This document shows positions 27,951 through 42,601 of a stretch of 64,000 nt of DNA, one piece after another; positions within the stretch are counted from its first letter, which is position 1, and each line of letters begins with the position of its first letter. Origin of the DNA: Eledone cirrhosa. Lineage: Eukaryota. The notes beneath the pieces are model-generated. The model saw only the letters and a program-made list of their open reading frames with translations. It did not search any database and had not been told where the DNA came from. The DNA lies in assembly GCA_964016885.1 (NCBI GenBank), contig OZ024743.1, positions 39,184,001-39,248,000 on the forward strand, read 5' to 3'. A program made the translations under genes and the position numbers.

Positions 27951-30300
27951 TTGGCTCGGCAGATTTGGAATCTACATAAAGAGTTGTAAAAAAGTTGCAT
28001 TCATCCGAGATGATTTTAAGATGAACACATTATTTTCTACAAGGAATGAACCGGATTTCGATCTTGATTTGATATCTGTCAATGAATGTTTCTTCTTTCA
28101 AATATATGTACATTATATTTCAATTATATTTATATATCCCAACTATATTTATATGACGAGTATGGCACACATATATGAGGAAGGAGATGTCTATTTATTT
28201 TTCATCCCAATACTTTATCGACATAGCAGACAGGTAAAATTGATCACAGTGGTATTTGAAACCAGAACAGAAAGTGCCGTAACTAAACTACCCGACTTTC
28301 TAAAGATTCTGCAAGTCAAACGCGATATATATATGTAACATTAATCATATTGTTCAGTAAATCAGAATGTATTATTGGTTTTATCGTCAACACTCTTTGG
28401 CTAACTAATTGTTCTTCAATAGCTATATAATAACAGGCAACATTGCAGGAGCACTTTCTGGGAATCAAAAAGTTCAAAACGACAGCTACTGCCCAACAAT
28501 ACAATACTTTTATATGAACAGTGACGGTATGGAGCTAAATCACTACAATGACCCGGTAAACTATTGGGGATGGATCACATGCAATAAATCTTCAAAAATG
28601 ATGAAAGGGAATGTCTCGACGAGGTTTTAACATATATGGGGAGAGCTTGAATAAGGCTAATTATTTATCCATATTACTAATAATTCTTTCATTTCGCCAC
28701 CTTCTAGATATTCATACACGGAAGTTATTCATTTTTTATTGTAGAAGTAGTGCTATCATCAATGTAGCGTTAGGGTAATTTGAAAGATGTTAAATTATTG
28801 AAAAAGATCACAGAAATGTATTTAACATGTATGGCATGAATGCAAATTTAATGATATATTTAACAATGATTAAGCAAAGGTTTAATTAAAAGGACCGACA
28901 CATCAATTGTAAACTACTTACATCCGATGCAACATCCAACATACTTCTTACGGTATAGAGTCTGGAACTTGACAACGAACTAAATAATAAGAACATCTCA
29001 TTGTGATTTTAAGTGGAAAAGACATGATACTACTAATGGAACCGAAATGCAACATAGCTAATTGACATGTTCATACTTATAAAATGATTCGATGAAATAC
29101 AACAGGGATTGATACATCCAAATGATAGTGACGTAGGTGGATATAAAACACACCAGTTTGAAATCCAATTGATCGCAAAAAGTTCTAATTATGTAAAAAA
29201 TGCATTCTCCCTTAATACCGGATAGTTTTCTCTCCATGACATTTATTTTGCTATTCGATCACATTTCTAAATTATATTTCTATGGACTTCTTATGTCGAG
29301 CATATATCACCCTGGCTTTTGGCATTGTGACATAGTTTTCTGCTTCTAATAACAATCATTTAACATTTGCAATTAAAATAATCGATGCATTTTAAAACGA
29401 ATATGTAGTTTTAGAATTTTGTTTTAAAGTGTTCTCTTTTGGTGTTAGAAATTACAATATAGTTTTTTTTATATATAATATATAATATATAAAATAACAG
29501 ACGATATATGGAGAGGATAATAAGTTGCAATTAGAGCTATTTTCCGTATTCAACTATGTTATCATCTTTCCCTAAATATAAATGTTTTAGTTTATTTGCG
29601 AAGCATTTCTAGTGTTTCCTTTAAACGCATTTTAGAATATAATTTTCAATCCAAATACTTAAAACGATGTCTGTCAGAATGTATTCAGATATATTTTCAG
29701 AGGCTATTTTATTTAGTTTCAAAACAAAGATATATTTAAAAATTGATTAGCTTATCATGGAGATATTTAGTTTCGACAAATTTTCGAATGATAAAACCTT
29801 ATTTGATTTTGATGATAATTATACTAATCTTTTTCTGTTCACAATATCTAGATGAAATTACTGTTTATTCGGAGAAGTTTATAGTGTGTAATTAACAATT
29901 AGTTATATATCTTAAATAGTAAACATGTTATATCAAGCCATATCATGTGAAATTTAATTAGTATTCATTTAATGCATTTGGGGAAAGTAAATCTAATTCT
30001 GCAAATATATAATGATTTACTTGTAACATTTAATTATATATATTTTGTATACCTATCTGTCTGTCGGTCTTCCAATAATCTCTTTCTTCCAATACCAAAG
30101 GTAATAAAAATGTCTACTTAGATAAACTTAAATGCACCCCATAAGTTTACGTAGGCAATTATTGTAATGTCTATAATTCAATGTATATTATCTCCTCATT
30201 AGACAATTTGATATATACGCCACATCAACCTTTATATAGTTAAATATATAATAATGAATATTGTTATATAAGTATGTTTGACTAAGTATACACACATACA

Positions 30301-30430
<130 letters not shown>

Positions 30431-30951
30431 CGTGTGTATATACGTACTCAAACATACTTATATAACGATATTCATTATTATATATATGAATGTGTGTGTG
30501 CATATATATAAATATATGTATGTATATATTGGTACATATGTATAACTGTAAGTATACAGACACATACTCGCTTTTATACATACTATGATATTATTTATTG
30601 TTGCATTTAACGTCATGAAGCATGGAGAAACTGAAATCATGCGTTTCCAAAATAACATTTATGACTACTCATTTTCCCCTTCCCAAATTTCACTCACAAC
30701 ACTTTTATTATCACGATGAATGGTATTCATTTGAAGTTGTTTTTTGCGAAGAAGAATAGAACTCAAATTCACGTGTCGTCTATACCCACACAGCTTTGAA
30801 CAGCTTCATTTAGATAATTTATTAGGAATCGTGTTTAATTCTATTATAAGCGTACTATTTTGTCTATCAGAAATCTGTTAATTATTCTTTACTGGTTAAA
30901 TATGTATGTACACACACACACACATATACCCCCCCCCCGCACACGCACTCG

Positions 30952-31038
<87 letters not shown>

Positions 31039-31249
31039 CTATATATACATATATATATATATATATCAAATATACCCCCTTGCAATCTTGCAGTGAGTGA
31101 AATTAAATTAAAGCACGAATATCATTTCATATATCGTATTAGTGACATGATAATTAATCTAAACATAGACATTACCATGTTTAGACGTTAATGAGAACAC
31201 TACATGACAGATAAATTGAAGGAAAATATTAGGAAGATGTAGTTATGTT

Positions 31250-32160
31250 GGATGTATTCTCGAGTATGACGACGTGCATTGTGTCTTGCGATCTATTCAA
31301 CGTCTAGCTCGTGAATTATCACGTATGCCGTTGACTATTGTTGAGGTACTCATACCATTTACTTAATTTATATGTTAAATCAGCAAGACATAATATGTGA
31401 CGAGACTGGATTTTCACTGACAAGTCAATCCGATGGGTGTACATTAAATTACCGTTTACTCAGTGTCACTCAGAATGCCTGGATATCTACGATGTGAATG
31501 TTAAATACGATATGATATTTAGCAGCGATGCAGAGGCTTGGGAGCCTTATACATATACAAACTATTTTAGTTTGCATGAATACATATATTAATGGGAAAC
31601 TGAAAAAAAATTATATTTACGAATAAAGTTGAATAAAACAACATTCCTTTTCCTGAAACAATGCAACACATACAAAGCAGACGTTGATATAACAGAAAGT
31701 TATAAGTTGCTGGAGAAAGGAAAAATATATTTTTTACATTCACTTAACCCTAATTTGAACATAGCACAGCGATGACTCATGCTGACAGAATGGCAGGAGA
31801 ATCCCTTTGTCAATATCCACAAGATTTACGAAGGTAAAATAAGATAATAAATACAAATTTAAGAAAAAATATCAAATATCAGAGTTATGCAAGTTCCACC
31901 TATTAACAGTGAAGAATTGATTTCATTTCTTACTCATGAGCTAATCTTTCGCAGCAGAATGTACTATAAATAAATAATGATAGATACCAAAACAAGTAAC
32001 CCCAAGATACATAAGATTAAGGAAGAAACAACTAAACATCTTTTTCGCAGCCCAGCTTTAGCGGAAACGGAGTATATAAAATCACAATACCGTATGGGTC
32101 CTTAATAATGAGATTAATATGCCATCATGGGGATGCAGTGAGATAGATATACTGGTAGAT
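31250..32160 (+). pseudogene. Old decayed Dong/R4-like LINE fragment
   Basis: WQENP and EETTKHL..ALAETEYIK remnants parallel the element at 36817-37737. Confidence 0.4.
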
Positions 32161-32225
32161 ATATCAACATACGTACCACAATATATATATATATAAGTTA
32201 ATTTTATAATTTTCTTATTTTACGA

Positions 32226-32317
<92 letters not shown>

Positions 32318-32382
32318 GGAAGTGAGTTTTATTGTAGCACAATAAAGCAATGCAAATATCGGATAAGTATATATAATGTATA

Positions 32383-32898
32383 TTAAACCATATTTAATGC
32401 TGGTCTATATTTTTGAATAAACATATTTTCCTTATTTATTCGTATTTGTTCTGTTGTATTGTTAGCGCAAAGGTAAAATGGGAAGACTTGGAATTTGGGT
32501 GTCTTATTACTTGCGCATATGTCTAGATGTGTGCTTAGTGATATCTGTCTCGTGGTTGGATCTCGTAATTGTTGGCGATGCAATGTCATTCTCTTTCTGA
32601 GTGTGAGTTTAGTTTGTCCTATATAATCTTCATTGCATCCTTTATATTTAATGGCATCAAGTAGTTTTTTTGATGAGCAAGTGAAGTGATTTTTTACAGT
32701 AAAACTTTGTCCCGATTTAAATGTATACGTGTTGCCTTCAATGAGGTGAGTGCAGGTACCACAATTAGAGCGACCACATTTTTTGACTGTTGGTTGTGGG
32801 TTTGTGGTAGGTAATGTGGCATTGGTGAGTAATGTTTTCAGTGATTTTGGTTGTCTTTTGCTTTTGATTATTTTGTGTGTTTCAAGGGCTTTTTTCAT
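32383..32898 (-). pseudogene. PLE Cys-rich linker plus GIY-YIG endonuclease segment
   Basis: KRQPKSLKTLL, CxxxxCxxC, YIGQT, terminal YRPALN. Confidence 0.88.
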
Positions 32899-33114
32899 TC
32901 TTGGGTTTTGTTTTAGTAGTGGGATGTTCTTGTGAATAGTGTTGTAAGCTTCCGCATTTCTTGGGTTGTGTGTTGAGATATATGATAGAATATTGGACGT
33001 ACCTTGAATTTGTTTCTGTTTTCGTAATGTATCAATGCCTATTGCCTTAGCCCTTTCTATTATATTATTTATTAGTAATGGTGGGTACTCTCTTTCGAGT
33101 AGAATTTCCTCTAA

Positions 33115-33684
33115 TTATTGAAGTCTTTTATTTCCCGTTTCATAATTGGAGACAATTGTGCAAATTCTTCTTGCTAGGTTAAAAGGAATGTTCGTCTTCG
33201 TGTGCTTTGGATGGTTGGAGGTGAATAGTATGTATTGTTTGGAATCTGTTGGTTTGTAGTGTATGTCAGTTTCAATATGTGTGTCTTTTTTTAAGATTAA
33301 GATGTCCAGAAATGGGAGGTGATCTTGGCTGTATTCCATTGTGAATTGGATGTGGTTATTGATGCCGTTTATTAAGTTTTTGAAATCTTTCAGTTGGTCG
33401 AGTGTGTGGGACCAGAGAATGCGACAATCATCGAAGTAACGTTTCCTATTCACTGATAAATATTTGTGGAAGTTCAATCCGTATTTTGATTTGGACTGTT
33501 CATATATCTGGACTTGTAAGTATGCCATAACTAAGTTGGCATAAGTTGGAGCGGCTTTTGTACCCATCGCTGTCACCGATATTTGCTTGTATGTACTGCC
33601 ATCGAAATCAAAAAAGTTGTTCTGTAAGATGAATTTTAATCCCTCGGTGATGAAACTGTTTTCTTCTTCTGCCAGGTATCTCAT
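33115..33684 (-). pseudogene. PLE reverse transcriptase segment
   Basis: NNFFDFDG.TYKQ..TAMGT..AP.YANL, RYFDD, LPFLD. Confidence 0.9.
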
Positions 33685-34738
33685 TGGGATATTTCTCTAG
33701 CCAGAATCCTATTGCTTCTAGTCCGTATTGGTGTAGGATCGTTGTGTAGTGATTCGCTACATCGAAAGACACAATAATAGTGTCGTTGTTGACATGTTTG
33801 GGGAGGTGTGTTTAAGAGGTCTAGATCGCCTCTTACAAGGTTTGGTATGTGTTTGAGAATTGGTTTTAGTAGTATGTCTATAAAGCTGCTCAGTCTGTGT
33901 GTTTCACATTGTGGGCCCGCTACAATTGGTCTTAACTTAAGGTCTGTGGGGGTATTGTGTGTTCACGCAGGCTGAGGTGGATTGTTTACAGGCATCGTTA
34001 ATTATTTTACACTTGTTGATCTTCGGAAGTCCGTAAAGGTTGCTGGTTTTTTTTTTTTAAATGTGTTACATATCCGCGTTCCTTTTTAGTTAGGTCTTCC
34101 TGGTATCGATAAATCAGTGTGTTTAATCTGGTCATTGTTTTTGATTGCTGGTAGTTTTTAACTCTTTCATAGTAATTCGTATTTTGTAAGAGAGAGAACA
34201 TAGCATTTTTATATTTTTCAGCCTCCATAATGACAACAGTAGTTCCCTTGTCCGCTTCCTTAATTATAATGTCCGTATTGTTTTTTTACTCCATGGATAA
34301 TCTCCCATTCCGTTCGACTCGTGTTGTGTTTGGATTTAGGTTGCGGTTGTTCATGGTATTGTAAAGTAGCTATGTGGTCACAACATTTGTCCAGAACTCT
34401 CTTTCTACATTTTGTTGGATTGTAGCTGCTTTTATTCCGTACAATTGATTCGTCGTTATTCTCCTTGTCAAAGAATTCCTCTGTGAGACGTAATTTTCTA
34501 CAGAAGTGTGAGATATCGTCATTTATCTCATTGAGGTTAGAGTATTGTGGTGTTGGTGTGAATTTCAGTTCTTTGGAGATAATGTTTACTTGTTGGGCTG
34601 AGAATTTTGTATTTGAAAGGTTGATTATTTTCGGTTTTTCAAAATCGGTTTGTGCCACTGGGTGTCGTGGGTCCTGTAGCCTTGGTCTAAAAAACGATTT
34701 TTCTGGAATGCTTTTTCAATGGTATTATTATATCTAAT

Positions 34739-34935
34739 AATACCAGGCGATGGATTGGCAGTATCGTAGAGGGTCGGACGCCATGCTTTCCAGCATAGTT
34801 ACGTCCCTTTACGATCTGAGTTCAAATCCCGCCGAGGTTGACTTTGCCTTTCATCCTTACGGGGTCGATAAAATAAAGTACCAATAATGCACTGGGTAAT
34901 TGCTGGCCTTGTGCCTAAAGTAGAAACAATTATTA
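34739..34935 (+). mobile_element. SINE family A inserted into the Penelope ORF with 15-bp TSD
   Basis: attattatatctaat at 34724-34738 and 34929-34943. Confidence 0.9.
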
Positions 34936-35616
34936 TATCTAATGGTATTTCCTCTGTTGTTGTGTCGTCTTGTATAGAAGTTTCGGACGTATTGAGGTTC
35001 GGTTTGTTGATAGACCGGGTTGTAGATTTTGTTCCTTTGTGTGGGTTGGGATCTACGGTTTTGGAACAGGCTCTGTGTGGGCAGGGGTCTACGGTTTTGG
35101 AATAGGTTTTGTGTGGGTTGTGGTCTGCGGATCGGGTCCTGCCTTGTGTTCGGGGATCTTCGGTTTTTGTTAGTAGGCTTATAGTTTTGTCTATGGTTTC
35201 TGGGATTATCGTTATATTTGTGTTGGGGGTATGTTGGACGTTTTGTTACTTTTTTTGTTATTTGTTGTGCATGTGGTGTGTGAGTTTTAGTTTGTTTTAA
35301 AAATGGGTTACCTCTATGTTGTTCATTTTTGAAGTCCATTTCGTGACAGCCATAATTTCATTTATAAACAATCAAATTACTTTTATTAAAATTAGCCTTC
35401 GTGAGCCCATATTTTTTAAGTAAAAAGAAATTCAAACACACAGACATAAGATATATTAGATATGTCTCATTTGAAATAATACAGCCAATTTTCCACGCAA
35501 AACTTTTAGTTAGCACACCGAACACATAATTGGGAATAGAATCACTTATTTCATAATGTTTCTGGAGTGAGTTGGAATTTGGCCGGAGTATCGCTAAAAA
35601 GCATTCTCCGATATTG

Positions 35617-35985
<369 letters not shown>

Positions 35986-35992
35986 TATATAA

Positions 35993-36023
<31 letters not shown>

Positions 36024-36093
36024 AATGTATATATATGTATGTATGTATGTACGTATGTATGTATGTATGTATGTATGTATGTATGTATGTATG

Positions 36094-36170
<77 letters not shown>

Positions 36171-36175
36171 GTGTG

Positions 36176-36214
<39 letters not shown>

Positions 36215-36220
<6 letters not shown>

Positions 36221-39200
36221 ATTATTATTATTACAGCTGCATTTATCTTGCTTTATGTTCATACGAGTTATCACCAAGTCACAACCAGTGACCTCCAGAG
36301 ACAACAAGGTCCGCCATGTTCAAGAAAGAACATACATACTCACACATGCATCTTTAGGTGTTTAGAATTGTGATGTACTTATATTGACAGAATCTTCCTC
36401 AGTATATGGTCAGTACACATTAGTAATATATTTTGTATTTCTCCTATACGCAGGTTTCCTGGGATTTGCGATAAGTAATCATTAGATCCCTTAGGTATCA
36501 TCCGTAGAGCGCCTACAACCACTGGTATTGTTTTAATTCTCATTTTCCACAATTTTACAATTTCTATCTCCAGGTCCTTATACTTGCTCAATTTTTCAAA
36601 TGTTTTTATAGATACATTCTGGTCTAGTGGAACGGACATATCAATTAGCAGGCATACCTTCTTTTTAAAGTTCATCAATATTACATCAGGTCTATTTGCA
36701 TCTATTTTTCGGTCTGTTTGGATGCTAAAGTTCCACAAGATTGAGATGTGATCTTTTTCGAGTATGGGAGGTGGTTGATGCTCCCACCAATTCTTTTGAT
36801 GGGGCAGGTCAAAATGCTAACACATTATCCAATGTATGTATTGTCCAGCTCTGTCATGCCTGTTTAGGTATTCGGTTGGAGCTATAGGACTGCACATTGA
36901 AATTATATGGTCAATGGTCTCTGGTTGTTTTTTACATACACGGCATAATGTGCTGCATCCATTTTTTATTTCGTTGGCTTGGTAATTTTTTGTTGGCAGA
37001 CACCGATCTTGTGCTGATATAATCAGTCCTTCCGTCTCCGATTTCAGTCCAGAGGATGCCAACCACTGATGGGTTAACATTTTGTCAACATCAGGATTGT
37101 TAGCTCGTTCTGGGTATTTTCCATACAGAGGATTTTCTTGCCATTTGTTAGCCAGTTTCTGTAGCAGTTCTTTCTTTGCAGTTACTTTTACCTGCTTTGC
37201 TTTTTCTGTGTTTTCCATTTCAGCAGTAAATGGGACTTCTGAAATTTGTAGTCCATTACTGTATCTTTGTGCATCTTTTGTAATGGAGTATGATCTTTTG
37301 ATGCTTTCGGCTTTCAAAACGAGTTTGATCATCCAATCAGGTGATTCCCTCAGATATGTAGATAATCCAATTGTTGCAGTTTTCAACGCAATGTCTAACT
37401 GGATTAACCCACGTCCTCCTTCTTTCCTAGGGAGATATATTCTATCTGTATCTGTCTTAGGGTGATGCATTCTGTGCATGGTTAAGAATTTTCGAATTTT
37501 TGTATCGAGCCTACGGATCTCTGTGCTTGACCAGTTGATGACATTGTAACTGTAGGTTACTACTGGTATGGCAAGCGTGTTTATGGCATCGATCCTATTC
37601 CTTGTATTCAATTCCGTTCTTAAGATTGCTCTTACTCTGCGGTAACATTCCTTCCTTATCCATTCCCTCATTGTCGAGTGCTTGATTCCGTCTCCTTCCA
37701 AAACACCTAGATTATTTGTAAGTTTCCTCTTGATCAAGTTCTCTTATCACATTCCCCCGATCAAGATTAATGTCTGAACTTTTCAGCAGCTTTCCTCTGG
37801 TGAACGTTGCTTTGGCGCATTTATCTAGTCCAAACTCAATGTTAATGTCATCACTGAACTGTGCCACAGTGGATAATAGCCCTTGCAATTGTTCATCATT
37901 TTTTGCAAATAGTTTCAGTCATCCATGTTGAACAAGTGATTAATGGTTTTGTCATAGACTTTATAACCATGTTTTGTTTCATTGAGCATGTTACTTAATT
38001 GAATAAGTGCGATGCAGAATAAAAGCGGTGATAAAGAGACACCCAGAAAAATTCCACAATTAATATTATCTTCTCCAGCTTCGAGAGATTTTGTTTCACT
38101 ATTCAAAAGGAGTGTCGTTTTCCATGTCTTCATACTGAATGACAAAAACCTTCTGACAACGGGAGCTATTTTGAAAATCTATAAACATTTTTCAATCCAA
38201 CTGTGTGGCAAACTATCGAATCCTTTTTTATAATCTATCCATGCAATTGATTGATTTTTGTGTCTATTATGACAAACTTCCAGTATCATTTTGTTAAACA
38301 AAAGCTGATCCTTACAGCCATATGAGCCTCGTTTATACCCTTTCTGCTCAATGCGAAATAGGTCATTTGTTATCAGGTGGTCATATGTATATTCAGTCAG
38401 GACTGATGTTAACCTTTTATACATGGTGGTCAAGCAAGTTATCGGTCTGTAATTTTGGGGATTGTTTGTCTCATCATTCTTCGGAAGCAGGAATGTAGTG
38501 CCGTTAACTAGCCATGATGGTATCTGTTCTGGCTCCTTAACTATTTCATTGTAAAGTTGGGCTAACAGCTCATGAGACTCTGTGAAGGCATTTATCCAAA
38601 TGTTTTGTATTTCTCTTTTCCTGGGGACTCCCATTTGCTGGTTTTTCTAAGAGCCAAACGCAACTGTTCAACTGTTATATTTTCCCATATTTGTTCCTCA
38701 AATTGAGCTGTATCTTTCATTTGTCTGTCTATCCATGGAGCATGTATATTATGAACTTTTTCTTCGGCCCAGATCTTTTCCCAGAATTCTTGCACTTCCT
38801 TCTTGGGTAGTATTGATTTAGCAGTTATTGTTGACTTACCAATTTTTCTGTAGAAGTTTCTTTGGTTGCTTTTGAACATATTATTGTCCTTATGGAATCT
38901 AAATCGTTTTTCAAAGCACCTTATACGAGCAGCTTTGGCCGACACTTTTTGCTTGATTATTTCTATCAGCATGTCTATGTCACTTGTTGATTTTATACTG
39001 TACTTTCTTTTCAATTTTCTAAGTTTAGTTTGTTTAACATGTTCACCTTCTTTATAGTTTGTTAAAATGTCTCTGTCAGATCGGAGAAGGTTTATTTGGC
39101 GATTGATGTTCTCTGGCCAAGTAGATTTCTTGTGTGAATTCCTTTGTTTTTTTAATTTTCACTCCACATAAGTGAGTGGTGACTTTAGCGATGCATAATA

Positions 39201-40180
39201 GAGATGATTTAAATCAGTAATGTTTAGTTTGTTTGTGATAATAATATTTTTGAGAATTATGTTTGTCTTGTGTATTATATTTTGGTTCTGTTTGGAGTTC
39301 TGGATCTTAGGGAGGGTGTCTCGTCCCCCCATGTCAGATTCTTTCATTTTCATCCATTCGATCATAATTTCATCCTTCAAGTTGGCAAGTTCATTTTCAT
39401 TCATTTCTTTATCATTTACGATCTCATTGTTTTCATTTTGAGTTTCATCTTGAGCATGCACTCGCTCCACGTTTTCGATCCTTTCTTTAATTTGTTCTGT
39501 TGTCAGTGATTCCGTCCCAACACTGGGATTCAAAGTGTTACATTTACCTCGTTTTCACTGACACATGTTTCATTTTCCCTTCGCTGACTTTGTGCTAATA
39601 GCTTGATCTGATCAATTTCTCTATCAGTTAGTAACTTTTGTTTACAATATTTCTTCGTATATTATCTAGTTTGTTACTGTCAATGTAGCCTCTGTTTTCG
39701 GAATGTTTCTTTTTCCAGTTGATATATGTCTGTTCTGTATTCGATGTATTTGATGGGTAGTACATGGCAGTGTAGAAAGCCTCAAGGACTTCATTATTAT
39801 CTTCCCTTGACCATTTTTCTCTCTTTTTCTTTGGATTTCTTGGCGGTGAGCATGGAGGGCCAACAGTAGGAGTATTCCGGTTATGGGAGGTCTCCAGCTC
39901 CGTGGTGATGGAAAGGTTTAAACCATTTTTCGACCCAAGTCTGGTTCCTCTCTGAGGGACGCGGCCCTTTTTGACCCGGGTGACGGCCGATCCGGTATGA
40001 GATTTTATCATTAGACATTTACTTTATTTTATCGCGTTTTATCCTTATCCGCCAAGGGGTAATCATTTCGTGTTACCATTTCTAGGACGAGTGTCAACCA
40101 AGACTAAAGGGGTCGTCCTCCCCTAGAGACACGGCTATTCCCCGCCGGCCGCCACCCCGGTATTTCTTGGTCAAGGGGTT
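36215..40180 (-). mobile_element. Dong/R4-clade non-LTR retrotransposon, near full length, inactivated
   Basis: RT (NYRPITCL, WIDYKKGFDS, GVSLSPLLFC, NMDD), RIYLPRKEGGRGL, CRVC..ETIDHIISMC..RHD, RPD-type restriction-like endonuclease (NRPDVIL..LIDMSVP, KYKDL, IPVVVGAL); 3' (TAA)n tail. Confidence 0.92.
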
Positions 40181-40770
40181 TTCTTTTTTGTTGTTTTTTA
40201 AAATTGTTATTATCATGAGTGGTTCCTTAATGTGAGCATTGCGTGACTTAAGAATGAAATTATTAATAATATAATATACTTTTTGCTGAAGTTGCCTGTT
40301 ATTGTTGTTGGCTATGTCGGTGGTGGTGCTGGGGCTTTTTCTATTGTTGGTGGGGAAGGGGGGATCCAGGAGTGCCATAGTCGTTGACGTTTGGCAGGTG
40401 ACCGGGTCACTAAGTCAATCTATTTATATATTTTTCTAGCCTCTCCCTTGTCTAGTGATACCGCCACCTTCCCCTTTCTGAAGTTAACAGAAGGTAATGG
40501 GGGAATAGTGGTGGTAGCAATGAAGGAGTGGTGGCGGCGGTGATGGGACAGTGGTAGCAATGATGGATGGAGTGGTGGCGCCGGTGACTATAGTGATGGC
40601 GTTGTCGTTACTGAGTTTTGTTGAATAGACTGTTGTTTGTTTGATCTGTGTATCTATGCGTTTGTCGCGTATGTTTAATATATGTGTTGACATATTTCTT
40701 AATATTGGAATTAAACATTTTGTGAAAACTTGAGACAATAATAATAGTAATTATTATTATTAAGCTATTT

Positions 40771-40957
40771 ATTGGCAGTATCGGTAGAGGGTCGGATGCC
40801 ATGCTTTCCAGCATAGGTACGTCCCTTTACGATCTGAGTTCAAATCCCGCCGAGGTTGACTTTGCATTTCATCCTTACGGGGTCGATAAAATAAAGTACC
40901 AGTAACGCACTGGGTAATTGCTGGCTTGGTGCCTAAAGTAGAAACAATTATTATTAT
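40771..40957 (+). mobile_element. SINE family A (slightly 5'-truncated)
   Basis: attggcagtatcggtagagggtcgg...aaagtagaaacaattattattat. Confidence 0.88.
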
Positions 40958-41347
40958 ACTGGGATTGGTGGTAGTGGTGGTGAAATTGCCGTTATCTGGC
41001 TGTTGTATTTAGTGTACACAGAGGGGTGATGGGATAGGTGGTGTATCTAGTTTGTGGTGTTGGTGAAATTGCTGTTATTTGGCTTTTCTATATACTGTAG
41101 ACAGAGGGGGTTTTCTTCCATTTATAACCATTTTCTTTTTTTATTATAAAATGTATAATACAAAATTAAATATTTGAGCGATATAACAGGATATCATTGA
41201 TCCAAATTTTCTGAGAGTTAAGTCTGGTGCTTTATGTATCATTTGTACTAAGAATTGTTATTTCACAATTGATTTAAATATGTTAAAAATCAAAAATTTA
41301 CGGGAGGCATTTCATGACCTTTTATCCACCACGTGCGTCTTCTTCCC

Positions 41348-41415
<68 letters not shown>

Positions 41416-41469
41416 ATTATTATTATTAATATTATTATTATTATTTTTATTATTATTGTTATTGTTATT

Positions 41470-42556
41470 CCTTGAATCTCAGTCATTGATGTTGGTTAAC
41501 TGGAAAGTCCGTTGGATTGAATATCAAGCCACTACCTGCAGCCTCAGATATTCAGGACGTATCGGAGGGTTCCTGCCGTTCCAAGCAAGCATGCCTTTTG
41601 AAGCGTTCCAAAAAGCGTGAAGGGGCCGATTTTCTTTAACCATCCCTGGAAACCTTTGGAGATAGTCCCCAGTGCGCCTATGACAATCGGGATCACTTTG
41701 ACTTCATGGCAGTTCCAAATCCTTTTCACCTCCCACCTTAGGTCCTGGTATCGGTTAATTTTCTCCCTCTCCTTCTCTTGCACTCTCGTGTCGAACGGGC
41801 AGGCCACATCCACAATCAGGCACGATCTTTTTTCTTTGTCCACAACCACCAGGTCAGGTCTATTGTGTTCCAGTTTTTTGTCCGTCTGTATCCTAAAATC
41901 CCACAGCACCTTCACCTGACTGTTCTCCATCACCGCCTCTGGCCTATGCTCATACCATTTCTCAGAATGTGGTAGATTGTTTACTTTGCACAGGTGCCAG
42001 TGGATCACCCTGCCCATCACATCGTGTCTCCAGCCCTTATAGTGGGTCTGGGCTAGGTGTTTACACTCGGACACAATGTGAGCCACAGTCTCCTCTCTCT
42101 CTCCACAGATCCTGCACAGTGGGCTAGCCTCCTCCTTGTAGATATGGTGCTTCAACCACTTCGTTTTGAGGGCCTGCTCCTGCGCAGCCATTAGCATTCC
42201 TTCTGTAGCCTTTTTGAGGTCTCCTCTTCTCAACCAGTTCCATGTCTGTGGATCTCTAAATTCAGTTTTCTCAAAGAAGGTACTATGAAGGGATTTTCCC
42301 TTAAGGCTGCTCTTCCTCCTTGATGTTATTTCCTCCTTGGGTATCCCCTGGCCTACTGTCCCCTCCTTCAGTACAGCTCTGAGCATTGGCTCCTTACTAT
42401 AGGTCACGTATTTGTATAGGTTTTTTTTCTCCATCTGAACACAGTCCTCTATGCTGATAAGACCTCTTCCACCCTCAGATCTCCTTAGGTAGAGTCTATC
42501 GACATCACTCCTCTTGTGGAACATGTTGTAGATAGTCAATAGCTTCCTAGTCTTCC

Positions 42557-42557
<1 letters not shown>
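41470..42557 (-). mobile_element. 5'-truncated Dong/R4-clade LINE inserted in a (TAA)n tract
   Basis: Uninterrupted 331-aa frame 41544-42539: DVDRLYLRRSEGGRGL, CRIC..ETVAHIVSEC..RHD, NRPDLVV..IVDVACP, RYQDL, IPIVIGALG; (TTA)n on both sides. Confidence 0.92.
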
Positions 42558-42598
<41 letters not shown>

Positions 42599-42601
42599 AA
42601 C

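Larger units (their letters stand above)
32320..35400 (-). mobile_element. Penelope-like retroelement (Neptune-type), near full length, inactivated
   Basis: RT motifs SFDV, AMGTKAAPTYANL, RYFDD, FTME..LPFLDI, YKPT; Cys linker CGRSNCGTC; GIY-YIG-type YIGQT..LRKRMTLH..P.LN; frameshifts/stops; 3' end abuts (TA)n. Confidence 0.92.

Noticed and set aside
28400-29160. Old LINE RT fragment
   Set aside because: Only faint similarity; clade and boundaries cannot be supported
32383-32898. Selenocysteine-containing (Naiad-type) PLE endonuclease
   Set aside because: No in-frame TGA in this segment and no SECIS seen; Cys linker fits Neptune
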